Part shown: positions 46,967 to 56,424 of the stretch, one piece after another | Position numbering within the stretch: the stretch's first letter is position 1 | Layout of the letters: each line of letters starts with the position of its first letter | DNA from: Bifidobacterium breve | Lineage (GTDB): Bacteria; Actinomycetota; Actinomycetes; S36-B12 | Assembly (NCBI GenBank): GCA_945901095.1 | Contig: CAMDKQ010000002.1 | Coordinates: forward strand, 1 to 59,155 | Reading direction: 5' to 3' | Length of the DNA stretch: 59,155 bases | The notes under the pieces: generated by a model | Database searches by the model: none | Told to the model about the DNA's origin: nothing | What the model saw: the letters and a program-made list of their open reading frames with translations, nothing else | Program-made: the position numbers and the translations under genes

Positions 46967-49900
46967 TCAGCCGGCGTTGAAATACTTTGCCTCCGGGTGA
47001 TGGACGATGATCGCGCTCGTTGATTGCTCCGGATGCAGTTGGAACTCCTCGGACAGCTCGACGCCGATCCGATCCGGGTGCAGCAGATCGCACAGCATCA
47101 CCTGTTGCTCTAGGTCGGGGCAGGCGGGGTAGCCGAAGGAGTACCGCGACCCCCGGTAGCCCTGCTTGGCGATCAGGGTCTCCATGTCGGGGTTGTCCTC
47201 GAATCCGAGCCCAAGTTCCTCACGTACCCGCGCATGCCAGTATTCGGCGAGAGCCTCGGTGAGTTGCACCGAAAGCCCGTGCAGTTCGAGATAGTCGCGG
47301 TAGGCGTCAGCCTCAAACAGCTTCGCGGTGGCCGCTGATGCCGCTTGGCCCATCGTGACGATTGTGAACGCCACGACATCGGTCTCGCCCGATTCCTTGG
47401 CGCGAAAGAAGTCGGAGAGGCACAGGTGACGGTCACGCCGCTGGCGCGGGAAGGGGAAGCGCGCCCGCTCCTGGCCGGCATCCGGCCCGTCGTGCCACTC
47501 GATGACGAGGTCGTCACCCTCGGAGTGGCAAGGGAAATAGCCGTACACGACCGCGGGCTCGATGAGACCCTCGGTGTGAATCCGGTCGAGCCACATTCGA
47601 AGGCGTGGACGCCCCTCCTCCTCGACGAGCTGCTCGTACGAGGCTCCGTCGCCGCGGGTCGGCTTCAGGCCCCACTGGCCAAGGAACAGCGCTCGCTCGT
47701 CGAGATAGGGCGTGTACTCGGCGAGGGAGATTCCCCTCACGACCCGTTCGCCAAGGAACGGTGCAGTGGGCACCGGCACAGACTCGGCGACATCAGAGCG
47801 CGCCGGCATATGTTGCGGCTCAGTGACGGTCAGGGTCGCCGCGACTGACTTCACACGGCGGGCCCGGCGTTCTGGCAGCACCGCCCCGGGCTCACCCCTC
47901 TTGATAGCCATGACGGTATCCATAAGTCGCAGTCCCTCGAAGGCATCGCGTGCATATCGGACGTCGCCGTCGTACATGTCGGCAAGGTCCTGCTCGACGA
48001 AGGCACGCGTGAGCGCCGCCCCACCCAGCAGAACGGGATACCGCTCGGCAATACCTCGGGTGTTGAGCTCCTCGAGGTTCTCCTTCATTATCACCGTGCT
48101 CTTCACGAGTAGGCCACTCATGCCGATAGCGTCAGCATTGCTGCTCTCGGCGGCCTCGATGATCGCGGAGATCGGCTGCTTGATGCCAATGTTTACGACG
48201 GTGTAGCCGTTGTTGCTCAGGATGATGTCGACGAGGTTCTTGCCAATATCGTGAACGTCGCCCTTCACGGTTGCGAGAACCATCGTGCCCTTGCCTGCCT
48301 CGTCGGTTCGCTCCATATGGGGCTCGAGATAGGCGACGGCGGTCTTCATGACCTCGGCACTTTGCAGGACGAACGGCAATTGCATCTGACCTGAGCCGAA
48401 GAGATCGCCAACGACCTTCATGCCCGACAACAGGGTGTCGTTCACGATCGCGAGTGCTGGCTTCTCGCTGAGCGCTTCATCCAGATCAGCCTCCAGGCCC
48501 TGTCGCTCGCCATCGATGATCCGGCGCTCAAGTCGCTCGAACAGCGGGAGGCCGGCGAGCTCCTCGGCGCGGGTCGCTGACAGGGATTTCGCTTCGACGC
48601 CTTCGAATAGTTGGAGATACACCTGCAGGGGGTCATATTCGACGTAGCCTTCGGCGTTGAGGCGCCGGCGGTCGTAGACGAGGTCGAGGGCCACCTCGCG
48701 CTGCTCGTCGGGGATGCGGCTCATCGGCAAGATCTTCGATGCGTGGACGATCGCGGAGTCGAGGCCCGCCTGAACACACTCATTGAGAAACACTGAGTTC
48801 AGCACCTGTCGTGCGGCTGGGTTCAGCCCGAAGGAGACATTCGACAGCCCGAGCGTCGTCTGCACGGTCGGATGCAGCGCCTTGAGTTGCCGGATCGCCT
48901 CGATCGTCTCGATGCCATCACGCCTCGTCTCCTCCTGACCGGTAGCGATCGGAAAGGTGAGAGTGTCGACGAGGATGTCCTCGACCTTCATCCCATAATT
49001 CGTCGTGAGATCGCGGATGAGTCGGTCAGCGACCCGCACCTTCCACTCCGCAGTGCGGGCCTGGCCCTCCTCGTCGATCGTGAGCGCGACGACCGCAGCC
49101 CCGTGCTCCTGCACGAGCGCCATGATTCGCGCGAAACGCGACTCGGGACCATCGCCGTCCTCGTAGTTGACCGAGTTGATGACAGCGCGCCCGCCGAGCA
49201 TCTCTAGGCCCGCCTGGAGCACAGCTGGCTCGGTGGAGTCGAGGACGAGCGGGAGGGTGGATGCGGTCGCGAACCGACTGGCGATCTCCTTCATGTCGTT
49301 CACGCCATCGCGGCCCACGTAGTCGATGCACACGTCGAGCAGGTGAGCGCCGTCGCGTATCTGCGCGCGAGCGATCTCGACGCAGTCATCCCAGCGCTGC
49401 TCGAGCATGGCATCACGGAACGCCCGCGACCCGTTCGCGTTCGTGCGCTCGCCGATCGACAGGTACGTGGTGTCCTGTCGGAACGGCACCGCTTGATACA
49501 GCGAAGCCGCCGAGGCGTCCGACTGCGGGAAGCGTGGCGAGATCTCCCGGCCACGAACCCGATCAACGACAGCCTTGAGGTGGGCCGGCGTGGTGCCGCA
49601 GCATCCACCGACGAGGCCAAGGCCATAATCGCGGACGAAGGCCTCGTGCGCGTCGGCGAGCTCGTCGGCGCTGAGCGGGTAGTAGGCGCCGTCGGATGTG
49701 AGGATCGGAAGCCCGGCGTTCGGCATCGCGGAAATGCCGATGCGCGCAGTGCGCGACAGTGTGCGTAGATGCTCGCTCATCTCACTCGGCCCAGTTGCGC
49801 AGTTGAGGCCGATCATGTCGATGCCGAGCGGTTCGAGCGCCGTGAGAGCCGCGCCAATCTCGGTGCCGAGGAGCATCGTCCCGGTAGTCTCGACGGTTAC

Positions 49901-50476
49901 CTGCGCAATGAGCGGCAGGTCAGCGCCGGCTGCGGTGATGGCCCGCCGCGCACCGAGGAGCGCTGCCTTCGCCTGAAGGAGGTCCTGGGCGGTCTCGACG
50001 AGAATGGCATCGACGCCACCCTCAATCATGCCCGCGACCTGAATTTCGTAGGCATCGCGCAGGTGGGCGAAGGGGGAGTGGCCAAGTGACGGCAGTTTCG
50101 TCCCGGGACCGACCGATCCAAGGACCCATCGCGGATGCTCGGGCGTAGACCAGGTGTCGGCGCACGCGCGTGCGATGACGGCACCAGCGCGTGCGAGTTC
50201 GAAGATACGGTCCTCAATGTCGTACTCGGCGAGGTTCGCGAAGTTCGCGCCGAAGGTGTTCGTCTCGACGCAGTCAACTCCGACCTCGAAGTAGGCATCG
50301 TGCACGGACGCGACGATATCGGGCCTCGTAACATTGAGAATCTCATTGCAGCCCTCATATCCCTCGAAGTCGTCAAGGGACGGATCAGCGGCCTGGAGCA
50401 TCGTGCCCATCGCGCCGTCGGCGACCACGACTCGGGTGGATAGGGCCGTGCGAAGCGACGTAGTCTGCGAAGTCAT
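46967..50476 (-). CDS. metH: cobalamin-dependent methionine synthase
   Basis: 1169 aa with the B12-binding DxHxxG motif (GDVHDIGKNLV) and, by length and position, the homocysteine-binding, pterin-binding and reactivation domains. Confidence 0.95.
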   Translation of the reverse strand: MTSQTTSLRTALSTRVVVADGAMGTMLQAADPSLDDFEGYEGCNEILNVTRPDIVASVHDAYFEVGVDCVETNTFGANFANLAEYDIEDRIFELARAGAVIARACADTWSTPEHPRWVLGSVGPGTKLPSLGHSPFAHLRDAYEIQVAGMIEGGVDAILVETAQDLLQAKAALLGARRAITAAGADLPLIAQVTVETTGTMLLGTEIGAALTALEPLGIDMIGLNCATGPSEMSEHLRTLSRTARIGISAMPNAGLPILTSDGAYYPLSADELADAHEAFVRDYGLGLVGGCCGTTPAHLKAVVDRVRGREISPRFPQSDASAASLYQAVPFRQDTTYLSIGERTNANGSRAFRDAMLEQRWDDCVEIARAQIRDGAHLLDVCIDYVGRDGVNDMKEIASRFATASTLPLVLDSTEPAVLQAGLEMLGGRAVINSVNYEDGDGPESRFARIMALVQEHGAAVVALTIDEEGQARTAEWKVRVADRLIRDLTTNYGMKVEDILVDTLTFPIATGQEETRRDGIETIEAIRQLKALHPTVQTTLGLSNVSFGLNPAARQVLNSVFLNECVQAGLDSAIVHASKILPMSRIPDEQREVALDLVYDRRRLNAEGYVEYDPLQVYLQLFEGVEAKSLSATRAEELAGLPLFERLERRIIDGERQGLEADLDEALSEKPALAIVNDTLLSGMKVVGDLFGSGQMQLPFVLQSAEVMKTAVAYLEPHMERTDEAGKGTMVLATVKGDVHDIGKNLVDIILSNNGYTVVNIGIKQPISAIIEAAESSNADAIGMSGLLVKSTVIMKENLEELNTRGIAERYPVLLGGAALTRAFVEQDLADMYDGDVRYARDAFEGLRLMDTVMAIKRGEPGAVLPERRARRVKSVAATLTVTEPQHMPARSDVAESVPVPTAPFLGERVVRGISLAEYTPYLDERALFLGQWGLKPTRGDGASYEQLVEEEGRPRLRMWLDRIHTEGLIEPAVVYGYFPCHSEGDDLVIEWHDGPDAGQERARFPFPRQRRDRHLCLSDFFRAKESGETDVVAFTIVTMGQAASAATAKLFEADAYRDYLELHGLSVQLTEALAEYWHARVREELGLGFEDNPDMETLIAKQGYRGSRYSFGYPACPDLEQQVMLCDLLHPDRIGVELSEEFQLHPEQSTSAIIVHHPEAKYFNAG

Positions 50477-50595
50477 AGTTCCCCAAGTCTACCGAGGGAG
50501 TCACGCGCCGCCTGCTCACGCGATAGCGTGAAGCACGTGACACGGCGTGAGCAATCGAGCGCAGAATCAGCCCACCCCTCGACGAGGCACACACG

Positions 50596-51519
50596 ATGAC
50601 GGATGTCATGCTCCGGACCTCCGACGGACTCGTGAGCACCGCGTCACTCCACGCGCCTGCGGGTGCGACTGGCGCACCGGTGATCCTCCTGCATGGCCTT
50701 TCGCAGCAGCGCCGGTTTTGGAACCCCGTGGTCGCGAGGATGCGCCACGCACCGGTCGTCACCATCGATCAACGCGGTCATGGTGCGTCGACCGCCGGGC
50801 CGCAAGCCGACTACTCGATCGATCGGTGTGCCCGCGATGTTATCGAACTTGCGGAGTCGCTTGCCTACCCGAGAATCCACGTCGTCGGACACTCGTGGGG
50901 GGGTGCCGTCGCACTGCGTGTCACTGCAGCTGCGCCAGATCTCGTCGAGTCCTGCTGCCTCATCGATGGCGGGCTCTCGACGCCGAGCGCCCCTGCCCTG
51001 CCGGGCTCAGACCCGGCAATTCGCGAGGCTCTATTGGAGCGCCTCCGGCCACCGGAACTCGGCATTCCGATCGACGAGATCTGGACGATCCTCGCCCGCG
51101 GCATGGGCGATGCCTGGTCTGATGAGGCGCAGCAGGCCCTCGTCCCCACCTACTCGGTTGATCCTGATGGCACGGCACGCACGGTAATCGGCGTCGACCG
51201 TCACATGTCCGTCCTTGCGGGACTCCTCGACTACGACCCATGGCCAGATGCCGAGAACGTCCGCCAACCCGTGTGGGCGATCTTCTGCGAGCCGCGCGGG
51301 GTGCAGTCCGACGAGTCACGACTGCGGGTCATCGAGCGTGCACAGCAGATGCCGCACGCACTTGTCCAGCGTTGGCATGGAGCCATGCACGATGTTCCAT
51401 TGCAATGGCCGGCGCTCGTCGCAGGACTTATCGATACTCTCGTGGAGTCTTCCTCGAGCAAACTCGCGCGTCGCAGCCAATTGCCAAGCGTGACCGACAT
51501 ATTGGGGGTCAGCGCTTGA
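50596..51519 (+). CDS. alpha/beta-fold hydrolase
   Basis: VILLHGLSQ oxyanion region and the nucleophile elbow VVGHSWGG. Confidence 0.8.
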   Translation: MTDVMLRTSDGLVSTASLHAPAGATGAPVILLHGLSQQRRFWNPVVARMRHAPVVTIDQRGHGASTAGPQADYSIDRCARDVIELAESLAYPRIHVVGHSWGGAVALRVTAAAPDLVESCCLIDGGLSTPSAPALPGSDPAIREALLERLRPPELGIPIDEIWTILARGMGDAWSDEAQQALVPTYSVDPDGTARTVIGVDRHMSVLAGLLDYDPWPDAENVRQPVWAIFCEPRGVQSDESRLRVIERAQQMPHALVQRWHGAMHDVPLQWPALVAGLIDTLVESSSSKLARRSQLPSVTDILGVSA

Positions 51520-52364
51520 TCGAGGTCGATGGCCTGCCCGAACTCGTCGATCCCGTCCTCATCGCGGCCTTTGAGGGCTGGAACGACGCTGGCGAGGCCG
51601 CATCGGGTGCCATCGCCCATCTCCGCGATATCTGGGATGCCCAGCCCCTTGTCGATCTCGACTCCGAGGAGTATTACGACTATCAGGTGAATCGGCCAAA
51701 CATCGCGATCAACGAGGATGGAACACGGCAGCTCACTTGGCCGAGCACCAGGCTCTACATTGCGCGAGTACCGCTCTACCCGCGAGACATCGTGCTTGTC
51801 CAGGGCATCGAACCGAACATGAAGTGGCAGCAGTTCGTTCGCGAGATCCTCGGCCTCGCCGCCGAGCTTGATGTCCGAATGGTCATCACCCTCGGGGCCT
51901 TGCTCTCCGACACCCCGCATACTCGGCCCGTTCCGGTCATCGGCACCACCACCGACCTCGCTCTCATCGCCTCGATGAACCTTGAGACGCCCCAGTACGA
52001 AGGCCCGACCGGAATAGTCGGCGTCATCCAAGATGCCTGCGGACAGTTCGGCATTCCGGCCGTCTCACTATGGGCCTCGGTCCCCCACTACGTCGCGCAG
52101 CCGCCCTGCCCAAAGGCAACCCTGGCCCTCATCCGTCGGGTGGAGGACCTGCTCGACGTACCGGTACCACTTGGCGACCTCGTCGAGGAGTCGCGAGCCT
52201 GGGAGACGGGCGTCGACGAACTCGCGTCAGAAGACGATGAGGTCGCTGACTACGTGCATCAACTCGAAGAGGCCCGCGACACCGCTGACCTCCCCGAGGC
52301 GAGTGGCGAAGCCATCGCGCGCGAGTTCGAGCGCTACCTGCGTCGACGCGCAGACGACACGTAG
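51516..52364 (+). CDS. PAC2-family (proteasome assembly chaperone 2-like) protein, Rv2125-like
   Basis: The TTG at 51516 (after GGGGG) overlaps the upstream TGA and gives MIEVDGLPELVDPVLIAAFEGWNDAGEAAS, a typical PAC2 N-terminus. The track ORF from 51240 is over-extended. The start is uncertain. Confidence 0.75.
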   Translation: MIEVDGLPELVDPVLIAAFEGWNDAGEAASGAIAHLRDIWDAQPLVDLDSEEYYDYQVNRPNIAINEDGTRQLTWPSTRLYIARVPLYPRDIVLVQGIEPNMKWQQFVREILGLAAELDVRMVITLGALLSDTPHTRPVPVIGTTTDLALIASMNLETPQYEGPTGIVGVIQDACGQFGIPAVSLWASVPHYVAQPPCPKATLALIRRVEDLLDVPVPLGDLVEESRAWETGVDELASEDDEVADYVHQLEEARDTADLPEASGEAIAREFERYLRRRADDT

Positions 52365-52368
52365 GCGG

Positions 52369-53997
52369 CTACCTGAGGGCGAGGTACCGCTCGATCGACC
52401 GCGCCGATGCTGGGTCGCTGATCGCTGTCGGCCGGCCCGTCTCGATGGCGTCGAGGATCCCGAGCGCGACCTTCTTGCCGAGCTCGACCCCCCACTGGTC
52501 GAATGAGTTGATGCCCCACACGGCCCCCTGCACAAAGACGCTGTGCTCGTAAAGGGCGACGAGGGCGCCGAGCGTGTACGGGTTGAGCTCCTCGATCATG
52601 AGGACGGAGGTGGGCCGGTTGCCGGGCATGACCTTGTGGGCGACGAGCTCCTCGGGGGTGCCGTCCGCACGCACTTCATCAGCCGTCCGGCCACGCGCGA
52701 GCACTGATGCCTGCGCGAGGGCATTCGCGACGAGCATGTCCTGCTGGCGACCAAGCGGGTTCGGGGTTCGGGCTACGGCGATGACATCACACGCGACGGT
52801 GCTCATGCCCTGATGCAAAAGCTGGTAGAACGAATGCTGGCCATTCGTACCGGGCTCACCCCACACGATCGCCCCGGTCGGGCACGATGACGGCGATCCA
52901 TCGGCTCGCACGCCCTTGCCGTTACTTTCCATCGTGAGCTGCTGGAGGTAGGCCGGGAACCTCGAGAGGTACTGCGAGTACGGGAGTACCGCGGTCGTCG
53001 GGATGTCGAGGAAGTCGCGATTCCAGACGGCGACGAGGCCCATGAGAACCGGGAGGTTCTCGCTCGGGTCGGCGGTCGCAAAATGGACGTCCATCGCGTG
53101 GAATCCATCGAGCATCGACCTGAAGTGCTCTGGGCCGATCGCGACCATCGTTGACAGTCCGATGGCCGACTCCATTGAATAGCGACCGCCGACCCAGTCC
53201 CAGAAGCCGAACATGTTTGCGAGGTCGATGCCGAACGCGGTGACGAGTTCGGAGTTCGTCGATACGGCGACGAAATGACGGCTCACGGCCGCCTCGCCGT
53301 GAGCGCCAACGAGCCAATCACGCGCAGCCGAGGCGTTCGTCATCGTCTCCTGCGTCGTGAAGGTCTTCGACGCGATGATGAACAGCGTGGTCGCTGGGTC
53401 GAGCGGACGGAGCACCTCGGTGAGGTCAGTGGGGTCGACATTTGAGACGAAGTGGCAGTTGATCGCTCGGTCGCTGTAGTGACGCAGGGCGAGATATGCC
53501 ATGGCTGGCCCGAGATCCGAGCCCCCGATGCCGATGTTGACAATGTCGGTGATGCGCTCTCCTGTCGATCCACGCCACTCGCCGGTTCGCACATCCTGGG
53601 CCCACGAGGACATCCGGCCGAGCACCTCCGCGACATCGGCGGCAACATCACGGCCGCCGGTGATCAGTGACGATCCCGGCGGGAGGCGCAGTGCCGTGTG
53701 GAGCACCGCCCTGTCCTCCGTGGTGTTCACGTGCTCTCCGGCGAGCATCGCATCGCGGTGCTCGGGCACCCGTTGCTGGACAGCAAGGGACTGAAGAGCG
53801 TCGAGGATGTGAGAGTCGACCCGCTGCCGAGAGATATCCAGGCTGATGCCGGCCGCTGCGACGGCGAGTTTGTCGCAACGCGCCGGGTCGGCGTCAAGCA
53901 GGTCGCGCACAGTCACGGTGCGACTCGAATCGCGCAGCGAGGCGAGTTCCGCCCATGCAGGGGCGATGGTCGGGTCGGCGGCAAACACATTCGTCAT
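52369..53997 (-). CDS. pgi: glucose-6-phosphate isomerase
   Basis: 542 aa with NIGIGGSDLGP and the conserved C-terminal QWGVELGK motif. Confidence 0.95.
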   Translation of the reverse strand: MTNVFAADPTIAPAWAELASLRDSSRTVTVRDLLDADPARCDKLAVAAAGISLDISRQRVDSHILDALQSLAVQQRVPEHRDAMLAGEHVNTTEDRAVLHTALRLPPGSSLITGGRDVAADVAEVLGRMSSWAQDVRTGEWRGSTGERITDIVNIGIGGSDLGPAMAYLALRHYSDRAINCHFVSNVDPTDLTEVLRPLDPATTLFIIASKTFTTQETMTNASAARDWLVGAHGEAAVSRHFVAVSTNSELVTAFGIDLANMFGFWDWVGGRYSMESAIGLSTMVAIGPEHFRSMLDGFHAMDVHFATADPSENLPVLMGLVAVWNRDFLDIPTTAVLPYSQYLSRFPAYLQQLTMESNGKGVRADGSPSSCPTGAIVWGEPGTNGQHSFYQLLHQGMSTVACDVIAVARTPNPLGRQQDMLVANALAQASVLARGRTADEVRADGTPEELVAHKVMPGNRPTSVLMIEELNPYTLGALVALYEHSVFVQGAVWGINSFDQWGVELGKKVALGILDAIETGRPTAISDPASARSIERYLALR

Positions 53998-54064
53998 GCC
54001 TGCAGCCTTCCACTAGCGTTCCTGTCAGGTGCAATCCCTGCCCCCTCAACCATCAGGAGTCGTC

Positions 54065-55117
54065 GTGACCACGCTCGCCGAAGGACGCATATCGCTCGGA
54101 ATGGTCGGTCTCGGCCGCATGGGAGCCAACCTGTCGAGGCGGGCAATGCGCGACGGTCACCATGTCGTGGCCTTCGACCGCGCCCCGGATGCTGTCGCCG
54201 ATCTCGTTGCCGACGGCGCGACTGGTGCGTCGAGCCTCAAGGAACTTGTCGTGGCGCTCTCCGCTCCACGCACCGTCTGGGTCATGGTGCCCGCAGGCCA
54301 CATCACCGAATCCGTCGTCACCGAACTGATCACGCTCCTGTCCCCCGGCGATTGCATTATCGACGGCGGCAACTCCTACTACCGCGACGACATCCGCAGG
54401 GGCGAGGTGAGCGCAGCCGCCGGCATCGACTACCTCGACGTCGGGACGTCTGGAGGTGTGTGGGGCCTCGAGCGCGGGTACTGCCTCATGATTGGCGGCC
54501 CGGAGGCGACCGTCACGCGTCTTGCCGGGCTTTGGGACACCATCGCCCCCGGGTTCCAGACCGCGGAGCGCACCCCCGGACGCACCGGCGATGTCGCCCC
54601 CGAGGAGCGCGGTTGGCTGCACTGCGGCCCAGGCGGCGCCGGTCACTTCGTGAAAATGGTCCACAACGGGATCGAGTACGGGCTCATGGCCGCGTACGCC
54701 GAGGGCCTGAACATCCTCAAGCATGCCGATGCTGGGATGCATGCACGCGATACCGATGCCGAGACAGCGCCCATGAGCGACCCACAGTTCTACCAATACG
54801 ACATCGATGTGCCCGCGGTCGCCGAGGTGTGGCGGCGTGGCAGTGTTGTTGGCTCATGGCTGCTCGATCTCACTGCAGCGGCCCTGCATGAGTCCCATGA
54901 ACTCGCGGAATTCAGCGGCCGAGTATCCGACAGCGGCGAGGGACGCTGGACGGCGCTCGCCGCAATCGAGGAGGGCGTACCGGCCCCCGTGCTTACTGCG
55001 GCGCTGTACGAACGCTTCGAATCGCAGGGGTCGGCGATGTTTGCTCGACAGATCCTCAGCGCGATGCGCAAGGAGTTCGGTGGTCACGACGAGAAGGTCG
55101 CGACAGCGGCAAACTGA
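54065..55117 (+). CDS. gnd: 6-phosphogluconate dehydrogenase, decarboxylating (short Gnd2-like form)
   Basis: Rossmann motif GMVGLGRMGANL and HFVKMVHNGIEYG. The GTG at 54065, preceded by GGAG, is preferred. The track start at 54029 leaves only 31 bp to the divergent pgi. Confidence 0.85.
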   Translation: MTTLAEGRISLGMVGLGRMGANLSRRAMRDGHHVVAFDRAPDAVADLVADGATGASSLKELVVALSAPRTVWVMVPAGHITESVVTELITLLSPGDCIIDGGNSYYRDDIRRGEVSAAAGIDYLDVGTSGGVWGLERGYCLMIGGPEATVTRLAGLWDTIAPGFQTAERTPGRTGDVAPEERGWLHCGPGGAGHFVKMVHNGIEYGLMAAYAEGLNILKHADAGMHARDTDAETAPMSDPQFYQYDIDVPAVAEVWRRGSVVGSWLLDLTAAALHESHELAEFSGRVSDSGEGRWTALAAIEEGVPAPVLTAALYERFESQGSAMFARQILSAMRKEFGGHDEKVATAAN

Positions 55118-55123
55118 CAAGCG

Positions 55124-56356
55124 TCAGGGCCGAAGTTGCACGCCGAGCAGTGCATCGCACATCGTCGCGATCTGCCCCGGCGCTAAAGGATCGGTGCCTG
55201 TCCCTGACTGCTGTTCCATCGCCCACGCGTCGACGACATCAAGTGCCGCTGGGCACTGCATGTCATTGCTGAGGTGCTCCCGTACCCGTGCGATCACGGG
55301 TGCTGCATCCGTGCCCGCTGGTCGCACCACCGCCTGCTGCCACAGGGCGAGTCGCTCCTCGGCGCCGGTGAGCCCCTGCTCCGTCCAAGCCCAGTTCGAG
55401 CGGTAGTGATGGGCGAGAAGCGCGAGCCGGATGGCCGCGGGGTCGTGGCCGTCGCGTCGGAGTTGAGAGACGAACACAAGGTTGCCGCGAGACTTTGACA
55501 TCTTGTGCCCCTGCCACGCCACCATCCCAGCGTGGGTGTAATGGCGGGCGTAGGGCCACTCACCGGTGAGCACCTGCGCCTCGGAGGCACCCATCTCATG
55601 GTGCGGGAAGGCGAGGTCGCTGCCGCCGCCCTGGACGTCGATGGTCATGCCGAGCGTGTCGAGTGCAATGGCCACGCACTCAATGTGCCAGCCAGGCCGA
55701 CCATGGCCGAGCGGGGTGTCCCACGCCGGTTCGTCCGGCCGGGCGTCCTGCCAGACGAGGCAGTCGAGTGGATGTCGCTTGCCGGGTCTTTCCGGGTCGC
55801 CGCCGCGCTCGGCGAACTCGGCGATCATCTGCGCCTCGTCGAGATTGGCGACGGTCCCGAACCGCGGGTCGGCATGAACGGAGAAATAGAGGTCGTCGTC
55901 GACGGCATAGATAGCCCCCTTCACCTGGAGGTCCTCGACGTAGCGGGCCACCGACGGAATCGACTCGACGGCACCGAGATAGTCGCGCGGCGGAATGACA
56001 TTGAGCGCCGACATGTCTTCGCGAAACAACGCCGTCTCGCGATCGGCGATAACCCGCCAGTCCTGACCGGTCGCGACGGCCCGCTCAAGAAGCGGGTCAT
56101 CGATATCGGTGACGTTCTGGACGTAGTGGACGTCGTGCCCAGCATCGAGCCACACGCGCTGAACGAGATCGAAGGCGACGTAGGTAGCGGCGTGACCCAT
56201 GTGGGTGGCGTCATAGGGAGTGATGCCGCAGACGTACATGCGGGCGACTGGACCCGGCTCAGTTGGCCGAACGGTACTGGTTGCCGTGTCATAAAGGTCA
56301 AGGCCCCTGCTGAGGCCGGGCAGGGACGGTACTAAGGGCACGCTCCACGAATCCAC
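55124..56356 (-). CDS. mshC: L-cysteine:1D-myo-inositol 2-amino-2-deoxy-alpha-D-glucopyranoside ligase (mycothiol ligase)
   Basis: [54 protein letters not shown] and KMSKS are MshC-like (the CysRS paralogue). It lacks the anticodon-binding tail length of CysS. Confidence 0.9.
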   Translation of the reverse strand: MDSWSVPLVPSLPGLSRGLDLYDTATSTVRPTEPGPVARMYVCGITPYDATHMGHAATYVAFDLVQRVWLDAGHDVHYVQNVTDIDDPLLERAVATGQDWRVIADRETALFREDMSALNVIPPRDYLGAVESIPSVARYVEDLQVKGAIYAVDDDLYFSVHADPRFGTVANLDEAQMIAEFAERGGDPERPGKRHPLDCLVWQDARPDEPAWDTPLGHGRPGWHIECVAIALDTLGMTIDVQGGGSDLAFPHHEMGASEAQVLTGEWPYARHYTHAGMVAWQGHKMSKSRGNLVFVSQLRRDGHDPAAIRLALLAHHYRSNWAWTEQGLTGAEERLALWQQAVVRPAGTDAAPVIARVREHLSNDMQCPAALDVVDAWAMEQQSGTGTDPLAPGQIATMCDALLGVQLRP

Positions 56357-56380
56357 GCCGTGAGCCTATCCACCCTCGCT

Positions 56381-56424
56381 GGTCAGAACACCGGACCTGC
56401 TGACGGCGCCGGTCAGAACACCGG
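56381..56424. repeat. 14-bp perfect direct repeat (period 30) duplicating the stop-codon region of the kinase-like gene
   Basis: GGTCAGAACACCGG occurs at 56381-56394 and 56411-56424. The second copy contains the stop (tca, 56413-56415) and the last codons (PVF*). Confidence 0.9.

Noticed and set aside
53698-54891. 397-aa plus-strand ORF spanning the pgi start and most of gnd in another frame
   Set aside because: It gives an Arg/Pro/His-rich nonsense-like translation. It overlaps two well-supported genes on both strands, so it is a frame artefact.
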